The notes: a model not told the origin generated them from the letters alone. A DNA stretch of 64,000 nt from Lama guanicoe (GCA_013239625.1 MU054831.1:4391632-4455631), one strand, 5' to 3'; shown: positions 26,160 through 39,049, counted from the first letter of the stretch. Translations and numbers: made by a program.

Positions 26160-28171
26160 CTGGAACAAAGACAGGGACAGTCATTAAGCATCAGTGTAGC
26201 GCGCTATGCGGCAAGCTGCAAACAGACAGGTTCAAATGTGGTGTAATCCTAAACCTGATCTCAACCCAGCACTGCTGGGTGGCCAGAAATTGGCTCATTA
26301 AATCCTCCTGCTGGGAAGAAAGGGGTTCCAACACCCTCGGTGAACATCTCACGTTCTCACCGGCCCCTACAGCCCATAGAATCAACACAGTTCGAACACA
26401 CACTGGTGGTGGCCTTTTTCCAGATGCCAGGAGTGCTGGTTCCATCGGGAAGGTGTGCAGTGAGCCAGCCCGTCCACATTTTCAGGTACCCTCAGAACAC
26501 TCCACCAGGCGCCAGGTGAAGCAGCACACAGTGGCAGGATGGAGGAACTCGAGGGTAAGGAGGACATTCTGGTGCCTTCCATCACGACTCTGGAGTAGGA
26601 TTTTGGAGCCGGGTGAGACTAGCAGACAAAGAGCTACGCAGGGAAAAGACTGTCCAGGAAGGACACAAGGGGCAAAAACTGGACCAAGGCGGAGGGAGGG
26701 GAGAGCAAGCCTCTATCTCTGGACATGGGGTCTACACCACAGGACCAACACAAGGACAGAGTGGGGGCCACGGCAGGGGCGGCAGAGGGGTTCATACTGG
26801 GTTAAAAAGGAGTCAGAGTGACGTGAGGGCCACTGTCCTAGCATGTAGGAAGGCCCGGTCACCACGGGGCAAGGTTGGCACTACCCTGGCTTTTTTCAAA
26901 AAATCCCCTATAACACAGCCAAGATATCTGGCCTGGAGGCAGCCAGCCCCGCCGGAAGCCTTCCCTCCACTGGAGGTCTCACCCCACCACCTTGACCTCC
27001 CAGGCAATGCTGGTCACCAGGACTGTCCAGCATCTGAGTCTTACCCTCCCCCACCAGGACTTTCCTATCTACACGGGGGCATGATCAAATCAATCCTCTC
27101 TTTAAGGAAAGCAAGACGGGAGACCTGCCCTGGAGATGGGTCCCCTCCTAATGGAGAGGCTGCCATCCCTTTCAGGGCCAGGCCTCAGGCTCTGCCCACC
27201 CCCAGGCTCCACCCACCCCTGCCCCCGCCCTGAAGGTCTGACCCCATTCTCCAGGACACTGCCCGAGGTCACCAAGGACTTCAATTTCTAAAACCATGAG
27301 CCTTTCTCCAACTCCTGACCCAGGCCCATCACCAGAAGCTGTAGAACTGAGATTCTCTTTCTTCAAACTCCCACCCTGGGCTTCCTCTTAGAATTCCCTC
27401 TCTGACCACACGGGCTCCTTCCCGAGCTCTCCCAAGGTCCTGGATTCTAGGTCCCCCAAGTGCGCCTGGACACACTGGACTCCACAAATAGGCTTCAAGT
27501 TCCCACCCTCGTTCTCCAGCCCCCACCCCGCAGCTCCAGGGAAACCCACACCGTCCATGCCAGTACTCAAAACCTCGGCAAGTCCGCGTCCTGCCCAGTC
27601 TGCTCATCTTCCTCTGGGACCACATGCCCTCCAGCCTCTCACACCAGACACCGGGAAGCTGTCCCGCCTCCCATCCCGCCCAGACGTCCCAGGACCCCCG
27701 CACCTGGGAGCGTCTTCAGGGTCCCGTGGGCCCGGCTGGGCTGCCCATCACCTGGATCTCGGGAAAGCCTGCCTGGGAGGCCCCCCCTCACCCCCAGGAT
27801 ACCAGAGATTCTTTAACATGGGCACTGCCAAAGTGTTACTCCCTCATTTCACAATTCTTGGGAAGACTCCCACAGCCGGCAAGTCCAAATATCTCACAAC
27901 AAAGGGTCTCCATCCAAACCCTCGTACACAGTCTGCCGTGGGCACCCAGACACGGCAGGAACCACACTGACACTTCTTTCTTCCTGCCACCTGGGCACAA
28001 CTCCCTCCTTCCCCTGAAGGGAGTGCTGGATGCTTTTCCTGCCTCTCCGCACGCTCAAGACACCTGACACTGTGACCCGCTACACGCAGGTCCCTGGATA
28101 CCAGCAAGGCCACCGCTCTGAATCCTGACCCTCAGCCCAGGTTCCAGCCCCAACAAAGTGCCAGTAGGTAC

Positions 28172-28224
28172 GGGATGGATGATGGATGGATGGCCGGCCG
28201 GACGAACAGATGGATGGATGGGTG
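28172..28224. repeat. Imperfect (GGAT)n microsatellite
   Basis: gggatggatgatggatggatgg...gatggatggatgggtgg. Confidence 0.8.
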
Positions 28225-28469
28225 GGAGGCAGGGCTGGAGGGAGGGTTTGCTGGCTGGTTGGATAAATGGATGGTGATGCCAATAACTTACAAGAACAAA
28301 CACAAGGGAGAACAGATTTGGCATGAGATTGTAGAAAATAAGTTAAAACCTGACCTAAAACCCCAAGCCCATCCTGTCCCCCTCACCACGCAGGGCACTT
28401 TGTCCTCTGTATTCAGGGACCAAACCCATCCCACAGGCCTTGCTGTCTCCAGACACCCAGACCTTCCCA

Positions 28470-28870
28470 CGTCAATCGCTGCCTGAAATACGACTCTTAA
28501 CTCACTGCTCAGCAATCAGTTTGGATGTCACCTCCTCTGAGAAGCCCTCCTAACGCCACAGCCTCCAGCAGTGCCTCTCCCCAGAGCCCCCTCAGCGCCC
28601 TCCTCACTGCCCTGTCGTGACACTCACCTCTGCGTTTCCCCAGCATCGGTCTGTGGGGCTGACGCCCTCCAGTGCTGACAAGGCACTGGGTCTCACCTCT
28701 CCCTGGCCCTCCACACCCCGGGCTGCCCCCACCCCAAGGCAGACTCTCGCCAGCACTGACTGAATGAACGAAGGAGTGACTGTAAGGCCAGTGGGTAGAA
28801 ATGAGATGCTTTCTCACTCGGCTCAAAGCCACAGACAATGTGGACAGACCCTCAATAAAGCTGTTTGTCT
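28470..28870 (+). mobile_element. L2 3' fragments
   Basis: gatgtcacctcctctgagaagccctcc; tgactgaatgaacgaa; ctcaataaagctgtttg. Confidence 0.55.
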
Positions 28871-30514
28871 TCCTGATTTGACTTCTGTCTTCCTTTTGCC
28901 TTGGGCCTCTATAATCGGAGAGTTTCTACCTATTAATTATTCTCTTGCTCAAGGGCACCTACTGTTTGTCAGCTTCACGCTGAGAAAATCCAAAACAGTG
29001 TGCCACAGAATTAAATTTTTAATTAAGGTTGGGGTTTTGTCTTTCCCGAGGAGGAGACGCTCAGAATCCAGTTCTTCCCGTGCGGGGCCGGCGTTCCTCC
29101 TGCCTCACGCGCCAGCGGTCCGCGCAGAAGGGGCTTTCCCCTCACAGGGATCAGCTCACCCGACCCAGGGCGGGGGATTATTTGGAGTGAATGGCTGGCT
29201 CACAGACCTCCTTACGTTTGCACACCACGGGCATTAGTTTAATTTGAAACACTGGCAGAAACTAACAGCCGGCTGTGAGGAGGAAATAAAACAAGGGGTG
29301 AAAACGCCCTTGACGCTGTAAAGCTCCACCAGGATCCACGAACCGCGGCTGCGTGGAGACCAGAGAGCGGAACCACCCCAGGCTGGGTCTCCGGGCTTGA
29401 GGAGACACGAGGTAACACGGGTGACGTCCTGAAAACCGCAGGAGCAGCCGTGCATGCTGGGGCAACACGTCGCCACCGCTGGCCTGGCGTCCTCTGGGCA
29501 GGCCTAGGAGCCGCCACGCCACAAGAGGGGAAGGAGCTGGGGGGGGCCTTTTTAAGCTGATTTCTCGACTGTCCCACACCTTCCCACTTATCTTGCTCAG
29601 CTTGCTGAAAACGGCATCGAGGCCTTCAGTACAAACCCCAGCCAGGAATTCAGTGAAAACACACAGACAGGATGTGACAAGGGGCTGATGGACGCCACCT
29701 CCACAGGCACGAGGGGAAGGGGCGCGGCGTGCGCCGCCGGGCTCGTGTCCGCAGGGCCAAGCGCGGGCCACCGATCGCCCGGCCACCATGCGACCTCGGA
29801 GTGCGCGCGGCACAGCCCCGCTCTCGCACAGCAAGCCGACACTGACGGTTTCTCTCCGACAGATTCCACAAGATTCATCACCCAGTGTGACATAAAGAAC
29901 CCATCTGAGGCTTGTTACTGTGTCATTTAATCGCTCCGTTTCTGAAAACACTGTCAGGGGCTCGGAAGGCGCTGACCTAGGGGACCACCCGTCCGTCCCG
30001 GGCGCTGGACTCGGGCAGGGAACAATCGCGGCCCTGTGGACACGCGGACTCAGAGGCTGCCCTGGACAAAGGCGCACTTGCTGGAGATGCTGGGAACCCT
30101 GCAGCACAGAAGGGATCTGCTGACGAGGTCAAGGAGGCGGAGCTGCCCGCTCCCTGCCCGGCAGGGGGCGCACGGTCCAGAGCAGAGCCAGCCAGCCTGC
30201 CGGAGTCTCGGCCAGCGCTCGGGTCAGGAGGCAGGACGCTGCACAGCGACTTCTCCTAGACGAAGTCCATCCAATCTGGGAATTCGTGCCAGCTAGGCTG
30301 TAGGATCGTAAATCCATGCTGCCTGTTAATGCAACCACCCCTACGCCTCCAAGGCGTGTTTCTTATTTCAAAGGTGCTCTTGAAATACCAGCAGGAAACG
30401 GGTTGGCGGAAGCATCCTCAGTGATGGGCTGGTGTGGCCTCAGCACCCGACTCCCTAAACTGGGTTTAGACCAGAGGGTCTGATACTCAATGATCACAGA
30501 CTCTAATATGGTCG

Positions 30515-30685
30515 AAAGGGTGACCCCTGGCCTCATGTGGCTACTTTAACCTAAATTAAGCTTAAACTAAAATTTAAAATTCAGCTCGTCATTTGTACTC
30601 GCTACAGGGGGTCCGTGGCTGTCACCATGGACAGCGAAGACAGAGAACGTCTCCGCGTTGCAGAAAGTCCCGCCGGTGGTGCTGA
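30515..30685. mobile_element. hAT-Charlie MITE (MER3/MER33-like)
   Basis: catgtggctactt...aaattaa...aaaatttaaaattcagctc...gtggctgtcaccatggacagc...gcagaaagt. Confidence 0.6.
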
Positions 30686-32015
30686 CGCGGAAGCACAAGC
30701 TCCAGGCTCAAACCCCGGCTGCGCCTCTCACTGCCCGTGGCTTCTTCACGTCTGAGACTCAGGCCCCTGCCCGCGTGACAGGGATGACAACAGTCCCAGC
30801 TCCTGGGCGGCCCTGGGGATTAAGCCCGCCGACTCCACGCAAAGCAGGCCCCGCACAGAGGACGTGTCATCATCCCTGAAACACTGTGCCCCTGGTTTCA
30901 TGCTGCTCGCTGGGCCTGAGCGTTGGCTGCCTTGCGAAGGAGCATCTGAAACTAGAATGTCTTCCTGGGAAACTGAGCAGCACCCTGCCGGCTCTGCAGG
31001 GACCGCTGCCAGAGCTTCCTGGCCGGGTCCCGGGGACGGTGGTGACAGAGCACAGAGGACAGAGGGGCGCTGTCCTGAGGCCGGCCTTGCGGAACCCACG
31101 TTCCTGAGATGGCACCAGGACTGTGGGACGCTTTGTCTCCCGAGAGGAAAGAAACTGCTGGCAGGAGCTGCTGAAAAAGGTCAGAGCCGGTGGGAGGCAC
31201 AGGGGAGGGCAGCCCGGAGGTGGCCCAGCAGAGGGGATGCCGCTGGCAGGAGGCGGGGGGCACGTCTCCCAACGTCCAAGGACCTGCCCACAAGTTGTCC
31301 CTTGTTGCTTAAGCTGAAAGCCGTGTTTTTCTTGGCGACAAAGGTCACAGACATTATCTTCAAAATCCAGAACTTCCTTGTTGCTCAATCTCTTCATCTC
31401 AGTTTGAGAAGCCAGAAGGGGCCTGTCCCTCCCTGGACCATGAAGCACTGCTGCGGTTGGGGCCCCGGCGTCCAGGGGCCTCTGGGGTTCCCCAGGCAGA
31501 CGGGCTGGATCCACAAACCGGCGGACCTCGGCAGGAAGGGCACGTGCAGGGGATGGAAACACTGAGGGTGAGGGGCTGGGGAGGGCGGAGCCACCAGCGG
31601 CCGGCTGGCCGCCAGGCAGGAAGGGCTTACCAGCTTCCATCTCAGAGTCCATCCCTTGAGAAGTTTAAAATACAGACGACCACCTCCCTCCGATGCCACT
31701 TATTTCATAACAAAGAACGCGATTACTTAATAGTTTCATTTATCCTTCCCTCTATACTGGGGGCGGGGAGGGCTCAGGGGTGTCACAACCGGCCCAGGTC
31801 GTTTTTCATTTAAGCCATATTTGGGCTTTGAACAGTCTCACTGAAGAGCATTTAAAGCTCATAACAGAAACAAAGCTTCTGTTCACTGGGTGCTGCTCCT
31901 CTGTGACACAGTCAGCAGTCACATGTTTTAAAAATGACGAATTACAAAGCTTGACGGCTAACTGCAGAAATTTTCCATGGAAGTCCTGCAAAGGACCAGT
32001 AAAGCCATGGCTGTG

Positions 32016-32072
32016 TGTGTGTGTGACAGAGACAGAAAGAGCCTCTCTCTTTCTGTCTCTCTCACACACACA
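32016..32072. repeat. 26-bp inverted repeat (one mismatch, 5-nt loop)
   Basis: tgtgtgtgtgacagagacagaaagag-cctct-ctctttctgtctctctcacacacaca. Confidence 0.9.
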
Positions 32073-32338
32073 GATACGAGAAAGGATGACTGACGGACGG
32101 ACAGACTCAGCCCTGCACACAAGGCCACTCTGGCTGGCGCTGGTTGTGGCCATCAGACACACTCGGGGCTCCGGCCCCAAACGCAGCCCACCTGGCCCTC
32201 TCCTGAGGACCCACCAGAGCAAGCCCCAACTCCGGGCCCCAGGGGACGCAGGCTTCGTGTGTGTCACACCTCTCCTCTTCCAGCCCCCGCCTCCTGCAGG
32301 TGAGGAATGACAACCAGCAAGGCCGAAGGACCACTCAC

Positions 32339-32397
32339 CACTTTGAGCTCCGGGACTGATCGACTTAACGTCCATTCCTGGCTATTCACAAAGGCAT
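32339..32397 (-). CDS. AGAP1: AGAP1 coding exon 2 (59 nt): (D)AFVNSQEWTLSRSVPELKV
   Basis: Not in the ORF track; read directly. Acceptor cctcctgttttaCAG (32400-32398), donor GTG|GTGAGT (32338-32333). NSQEWTLSRS is the AGAP-family signature. Starts in phase 1, ends in phase 0. Confidence 0.96.
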
Positions 32398-33162
32398 CTG
32401 TAAAACAGGAGGGTAAAACGAGGTGAGATGCTGTGACTTACCTAAGTGCCAGGTCAGCACACCCCAACTGTGCCGTCTGTCAAACCAGAGGGACCCACCC
32501 CCTCGCATCACTTCCACCCGGAGGAGCTGAGACGTGCCCGGTTCACGTGGCTGTTCCGACTCCCAGTCAGCGCTCTGTCTCGGGAACCAGAATGCACGCA
32601 CCCTCCAGGCCCCATCCTGTCGGGGGCATTAATACCCTTCTGAACCCGGGTGTTTGCTGAGTGTGGAGACTAGGAAGGCTCCTGGCTCTCCTGGAGCTGA
32701 CCCTCCAGTCACTCAACTTCCGACTGTCTGGGTTTTTTTAAGACAGTCACTTGCCTGTAATCCAAATGTTTACAACAACATTTTATGGTTTAGAAGATTT
32801 TTTTGTCCCAGAGTTTCGATCCTCAAAAACATCTTAGACGCTGAAGATCCAGTTGGAATACTCCAGGGTGTGTCAGAAGGATGAGGGGACCCCAGACCCT
32901 GCCCAGCCAACACACTCGGGGTGGCCTCGCCTAACCAGCATCTCTGCCTCTCACCCCCAGGGGTGCAGGTGGAGATGACCTATCCAATCCAGAAGACCCA
33001 AATGACCTGGATGTCCCCCGTCCCCCACTTGCCACTTCTCACAGTGCGCCCCTGCACCACCACCCACGTCAGGCACTTACGGGCAGACGTGACCAGCCTG
33101 ACAGCTGCCCCAGCGACCACCACGCTGGGGGAGAATGCTTCTCCTTCCAAAAGAGATTCGCT

Positions 33163-33240
33163 TTTTTTTTTTCCACTTTTTTAAAAACTGAAGTATAGTC
33201 AGTTTATAACGTGTCAATTTCTGATGTAAGCCAGAAAGAG
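33163..33240 (-). mobile_element. Short LINE-1 3' terminal fragment
   Basis: T-rich tail followed by tgaagtatagtcagtttataacgtgtcaatttctgatgta, the laurasiatherian L1 3' end in antisense. Confidence 0.6.
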
Positions 33241-34279
33241 ATGCACTTTTTATACGTTTTCTGAAAATTCCCAAATTCCTTCCCTCCACATTATGACCAA
33301 GAAGTCAAGTCACAAAATGCCTAAAAGTCAAGAAATGCCAGGTTTCAGACGCATGATGTTCGCATCGAATGAGTGTGGGAACCGAAGCGAGGGCCCCACC
33401 CCTGCAGTCCCACGGTGGGGGAGCGGGCACCCAGGAGGACGAGGAACGCCTCTGGAGAAGAGAGGCAGCGACAGGAAGAAGGGGTGAGCAGCCACGTGAT
33501 GGACCAGACAGCGCTGGCCCTGCAAGACCGAGGCGAGGTCCACGATGCTCGGGAGGTGGGCAGGCACGGGAGGAGGACTCCGGGGAAGGGTGGGTCGTGG
33601 ACGAGGAGGAGAGGGAGGCTCTGGGCAGCTGGAGATGCTGCAAGGCTGACGGGTGCCTTGAGTAACCTCGAAAGCTTGGGTAAAAGCTGGCAGGGACCGG
33701 TGTTCAACGGCAGACATGCTGAACCTTTGGGGACCCGAACACCAGGCTAGCGGGCAGAGTGAGAGGGCAGAGGTGCACCTGCGGGAGCTCAGGAGGAGAC
33801 GTCCGCTCGCGAAACAGAATCAGGAGCAGCTTCTCCCCCCATGGAATCGAGCACGTTGGGGGCCGAACACTGGGGGTGCACATCACTTTCTGCCCCTGAA
33901 CACCCAGCCTTTGGTCAGCCAAGCACCACCCTAACATGTCAGAGACACGACCTGCAGACATAGACAGGGACGGCCCGGGCACAGGGCTGGACGCCCGGTG
34001 GGTGCTTGGCAGATGGAAGTGAACGTCACTGCCGAGCACAGGGAACAGCACGGCTCATTAGGTGGCAAAACGTGCATTTTCTGTCGGAAACTGATCCCTC
34101 AGGAAAACGGGCTCGTGGCCTCGTGGGACCTGCAGGGTGACCCCAATGGCCCAGGGAAGTAAATGACAGCAAACCTGTCCACGCGAAATGCATGTCCCAA
34201 GGGCGTCCCCAAAAGCCAGCCTGGTGCTGTGCTTGGAACAACCCATTGCTGGTTAAGTACGCTCGGATAATCCACGTAC

Positions 34280-34565
34280 TGAAGGCTAAGTGGCCGAGAA
34301 AATGCTTACAGCCTCAAGACAAAGCCATCCCAAAGCTGGCGTAGGTGATACAAGTAAGTATGTGTGAGCGTGTGCGTGTGAAGTGCACATGACCTCATCC
34401 ATGCTGAGAACACGTCTGGTGGGACTAAGAACTTCACAGTCGCTGACTTAGGGTTGGGAAGCCAGGTGGCTTGGGGACAAGATTTGAGGAGACTTTCTTT
34501 CCATTGCTACCTTTTGCTACCATTCCAATTTCATACCATCTGGCACATTAAAAATATTTTAAATG
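34280..34565 (+). mobile_element. Degraded L1ME-type 3' fragment
   Basis: ggagactttctttccattg...ccttttgctaccatt...aatttcatacc...attaaaaatattttaaa. Confidence 0.35.
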
Positions 34566-37500
34566 TAGCTTTTAATAACCTTGATAGGAAAACAAAAGAG
34601 GGTAAAGGGGGAATTAAAATGCACTCAATTCACTAATGCACTGCTTTTTAAACATATACCACCGAAAGATTATGTTTATCACAACAAATATTAACTGCTC
34701 ATTATAAATTAAGCAGGGCGCCACTAAATAAAGACGTGTAATTATATAAACACTGGGACAATGTGCGCTGCCTTTTTACTTGCAAATATATCTCCTCTCA
34801 AACATAATGTGTTCATCTCTGGCAACAAAATTAATAAAATTAATGCTTGGCATAACAGAACAGATTCATAAAATTAATGCTTGACTTAAATGACCAGAAA
34901 AGCACATCTTGAATTTTAAAAGATTTACTTAAAAATGCTCATCATTCTCTCGTCAGGATGGAATGCACGGCCTCAGGAGAGGATAAATTAAAAGTTACAA
35001 AAGATTTAGCAGATACTCCCTCGTGCTACCTCTCCACTGGGACCTTTCCGTGGGCTGGACTCAGTAAACGGGGGCTGAGAGAGGATGGCATGGCCCCTGC
35101 AGAGGAGGTCCTAGTGGGGCAAGCGGGGTGGGAACCAGCCAGCTGCGTATTTCAAGTCCCACGGGGCAGCAACACTTGAAACATAAACACCTGTGCTTTG
35201 GGGCCACACCCCCGCGAGTCTGCGTGTGTGCACACGTTGTTCTTTCTCAGAGCAGCTGGAACCCGAAGTCCTGAAGAAGCGTCTCAGTTCAGAAGAGGCC
35301 GCTCCGTGCTCCCACGGGGGGTAGAACAGTACCATAAAATGCGCTCCCATGCACCTGTGGAAGTGCTGCTGAATCTGAATTTAGAGTAAAACCCAGCCAG
35401 TGCCCCTGACTGACAGCTTCTAGCCTGTCGCGGACCGAGGCTCAGTGGGCTGTCATCACTGGGGGCCGGCGAGACCCCAGGCTGTGGGGCGCCTGCACCA
35501 AGTACCCAATACAATGCAGTTTAGGAAAAGAAGACAGTTAATCATTTCTTATCATTCACAGGGCTCCCCTTCAGGTGGCACCTTATCTTTTAAATTTAAA
35601 TCACCATATTGAAAAGAGACTCTCAACAAACGCCAAGATTAGGGAGCATGAAGTAACCCGGAATGTTTATCAGGAGGAAAACCTAAACCATTCGTTTCTT
35701 TGGAACAGAAATCTGAAGGCAGTGAGAGGAAGTAAGCAGTCCTGCCAGTGACGGGCCTGAGGACACCAGCGGGTGGTTACAGGAAGGAGCAGGAAACCGA
35801 AATTACTGGGGTGGGGGTGGGGTAGGAATTTTAAACAGAAATTCTCAGCCTAGTTATTCTGAGTTGAAGGCCAAAGGATCTGAAGTTGAAGGAAAAGACA
35901 GCAAGTCCCTGCCGTCAGACCGGTCCGCCCACAGGTCACACGCACGGCACACATTGCAAGTCTCAAGAAAGGGAACTCTAAATAACTCAGTGTGGATGCC
36001 GGGAGAATTCCTTCTCAGCTTAACCCTCTATTAGGATAAAGTCCAGTGATGCTCAGAGTGTGAAACGCACCGTCCCACACATGACACGCTGCTGTCGTGA
36101 TGCTGGGCGAAGAGGGAGCCGCCAGAGCCACACTTTCAAAGGGAAAGGTGCTTGCAGTTCGGACAATCACCGCTGAGCCACAAGAAAAATGAAATTCACA
36201 CCATCTAGGCCACTCACTTACGGTGCCCTCAGCAGTTTGCCTCTCCTTGTATTTTTTTTTTAACCAGCAACTTTCCTTAGTTTAAATAGTCCTTTAAAAC
36301 ATACAAAGTAAGGGGGTGCTGAGCCTGGATCCCCCCGATGCAGTGATGAGGGAGCGCAGGTTGGGGGAGACAGAGCGTACTTACAACACAACACTATATT
36401 TATTCCTCTTGTTCCTGACACAGCTGACCACGCGGGTCCCTGAGTAATAAACACGGTTACGCATCCAGCACACAAGCAAAGACACTGCTCGAGAGCCAGT
36501 TCCTGGTGCTGCCTGGCCCGGGGGAGACCCCGAAAGTGACAAGTCAGCCTCGGCTCCTGCTGATGCCAGCCAGCCCCCGCCCCAACAGCCACCTTAACAA
36601 AGGGCTCGCACTCTGGCCCGGACCCGCACGCCCGGACCCCTGCGGCGTGGTCAGCTCTCCTTAGCCTCCCAGAAACGCCTGCGCTTCCTTCCGAGTGGCC
36701 AGTGTGACTTGGGCCTTTCTCAGGAAATCTGAACATGTGATGCAGGAGAAACCCCCTCACCTGAGACCATTAGGGCCGGGCTCCCCCCTCCTCCACCCCC
36801 AGTTGCTGCTATTTCCCACGCCCACACGCACCCCTGCACCTGCAGGGCCTCAGCAAGAAGGCAGCCCGCCACAGACGGCTCGGACAACCGGGAAATGTAA
36901 ACAAAAGCCTCCGTCCAAGCTTCCGTCCACGTCTGCGGAGGGAGCGTGGACTCTGCAGCGGCCCCTATCCCCAGCCCCGGGGCCCCCAGGCATCCTGGAT
37001 CCCAGTACAATCGCATGCGTCTTGCTGTCTCTGAAGCAGACCGAACCCTCTCTCCCCAGAGGAAACACACAGATAAATCCTCGGCGGGGCTCCGGAAAGC
37101 ATCTTAAGCCCTTGCCCCCAGACAGCCCAGCGTCCCTTCCCTGTTCTTTTGAAAGAGACACAGCTACAAAGGCTGAAGGCTTGTTGCGGAGAAAAGCCCC
37201 TCTCCCCAGCAGAGAAGCTGCTTTTCTGAGCCACTGGGGCCCCTGAGGCCTTCTTTCCGGAACCTCCCCTTCCAGGGTCACCTCCGGCCCCAGCCTGCCT
37301 CCCCTCAGGGACAAGGACGAGGCACAGGACCCCAAGAAAGACAAACACCCCCGACACGGACAGAGAGGAGAGCAGACCATCTGGGGCAGGGAGCTGCAGA
37401 GGAAACAAAACACAGGCCCAGTGACAAAGCTCAGCTGCTTATCCTCGCTCCCAGGCCCGGGAGAGCTGTGCCGCCTCCCCGCGCGGGGCCTGCTTAGAAT

Positions 37501-37643
37501 TCGCCCTGACTGCAGACTTCCTCCATCCTCTGCCTGCTAGTAACGGAGGGACTCGGCTCCGTTTTCAAAATTATTCATATACGGAAATGCACATTAAGCA
37601 GGAAAGGTAAGGCCCTCGTTACACCACACACAAAACAGGCACT

Positions 37644-37766
37644 GGGGGGCTCAGGGGTAGAGCGCACGCCTCGCGTGCACAAGGCCCTGGGTTCAATCCC
37701 CAGCACCGCCATTAAAAATAAGTAAGTGAATAACCTCCCCCCACCCCCAAAACAGAAAAAAAAAAA
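37644..37766 (+). mobile_element. tRNA-derived SINE (Vic-1-like), plus orientation
   Basis: gctcaggggtagagcgcacg...ctgggttcaatccccagcacc followed by A-rich tail. Approximate TSD aaacaggcact / aaccaggcgct. Confidence 0.88.
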
Positions 37767-39049
37767 CCAGGCGCTCCAACTTGAAAGCCATGAACGTCCC
37801 CTTTTTTAACCAACCCTCTTGGACCAGACAGAACACAATGGGGTGTGGGTGGGCGAGCGCGCAGGCCTGATTCCCAGCTGCCTGATTAGCTCTTTGCTTT
37901 CCATCCGGGATCACGGACTAATCATCTAATCCCCAAGTACAAGAACACAGGTGAAGAGACGGCCCAGCGCACAGACGAGCTCGGAGTCGCTCACTTTTAC
38001 CGCAGGCCCGTCTGTCCCTCTGTGCTGCTGTGTTAGTGGTGCCATTACAGCACCGACCCTGCCGCTCTCTTTACTTGAGGTAACAAAAGCCAGAAATTCA
38101 AGTCTTAAAACTGATAGGATTTTTTGCCAAGTAGCTTAAAGAAAAAAAAAAGACTCTTGCCCGTCAGAATTCTCCTGCAACATCTCGACATTTATTTAAT
38201 TGCAGGGCATAAAGATGGCTACAGACCACATTCACCTTTTGGTTCCAACAATAACCAGGAATGCTGGGTTAAGAGCAGCCACGGAAATCACCCCTTCCCT
38301 ACGTCCATTTCCGCTGAGCCTGGACCACACAGGGACACCCCAACACTCAGAACAGCATCAAAGCTGTAGTTTGACTCCTTTCTTGTGCACTTCATGCTAA
38401 AAACGAGCACCGTGCAAGAACAAACACAGCAACCGACCGGCACAAAGATGACTATGAAGGATGATCTTACTGCCGTATCTGGGAGGGAGACTAAAATTAC
38501 AAAAGAAGGGATGTGTTTTATTTTCTCCTTGTCCTCCTGCCTCCACCCCTCCCCTGGACACACCAAGACCCCCTCCAAAAAAACACAGAGTGGAAGACCC
38601 TTCAAGAGCATAGAAATGATCATGAATGAAAGCACGAGTCTTCTTTACAAAATGCAATCAAATCTCTGCAGTGCAGGCAAACAAGGCAATTTTTCTACCA
38701 CAGTTACTCTGGTCTGGAGACAAATGATTTCAGTGATTAAAAAAAAAAAAAAAGCTTAGGAGTAAAGCCGCCCTCAGTACACTGTCTACACAAAGAGCAA
38801 CAACTCCATGCGTGCCGAATGAATGAAGCACGAGAGCAAACAGAAGACAGCGCGCTTCGTGCTGATTCACAAGTTGGAGGTGCAGGGCTGAACCTGAGAC
38901 ACTGATGACCATCCCCTGAGCACTGCGGTGCCCCAGGCCCACTCAATATGGCACCAGCAGCGCGACAGCTGTCACCGCACCATGGGTCCCTTGTGAAAGG
39001 TCCCTTGGGCCAAGCCCTCCCGCCTTCCCTGTTGTGCTCCCCGCCCAAC

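Noticed and set aside
26006-26821. 271-aa plus-strand ORF
   Set aside because: Antisense to exon 3, no recognisable domain, and runs into L2-like sequence.
30617-30640. REST/RE1 site (caccatggacagcg)
   Set aside because: The left half (TTCAG) is missing and the match lies inside a MER3/MER33-like transposon.
35807-35827. G-quadruplex motifs (also ~12532, ~13454, ~47362)
   Set aside because: Common in a GC-rich isochore; no positional evidence of function.
29262-37413. Numerous 150-280-aa ORFs on both strands (e.g. 29262-30107, 30864-31652, 36695-37413)
   Set aside because: GC-rich intronic sequence with no domain resemblance and no coherent splice or promoter context.
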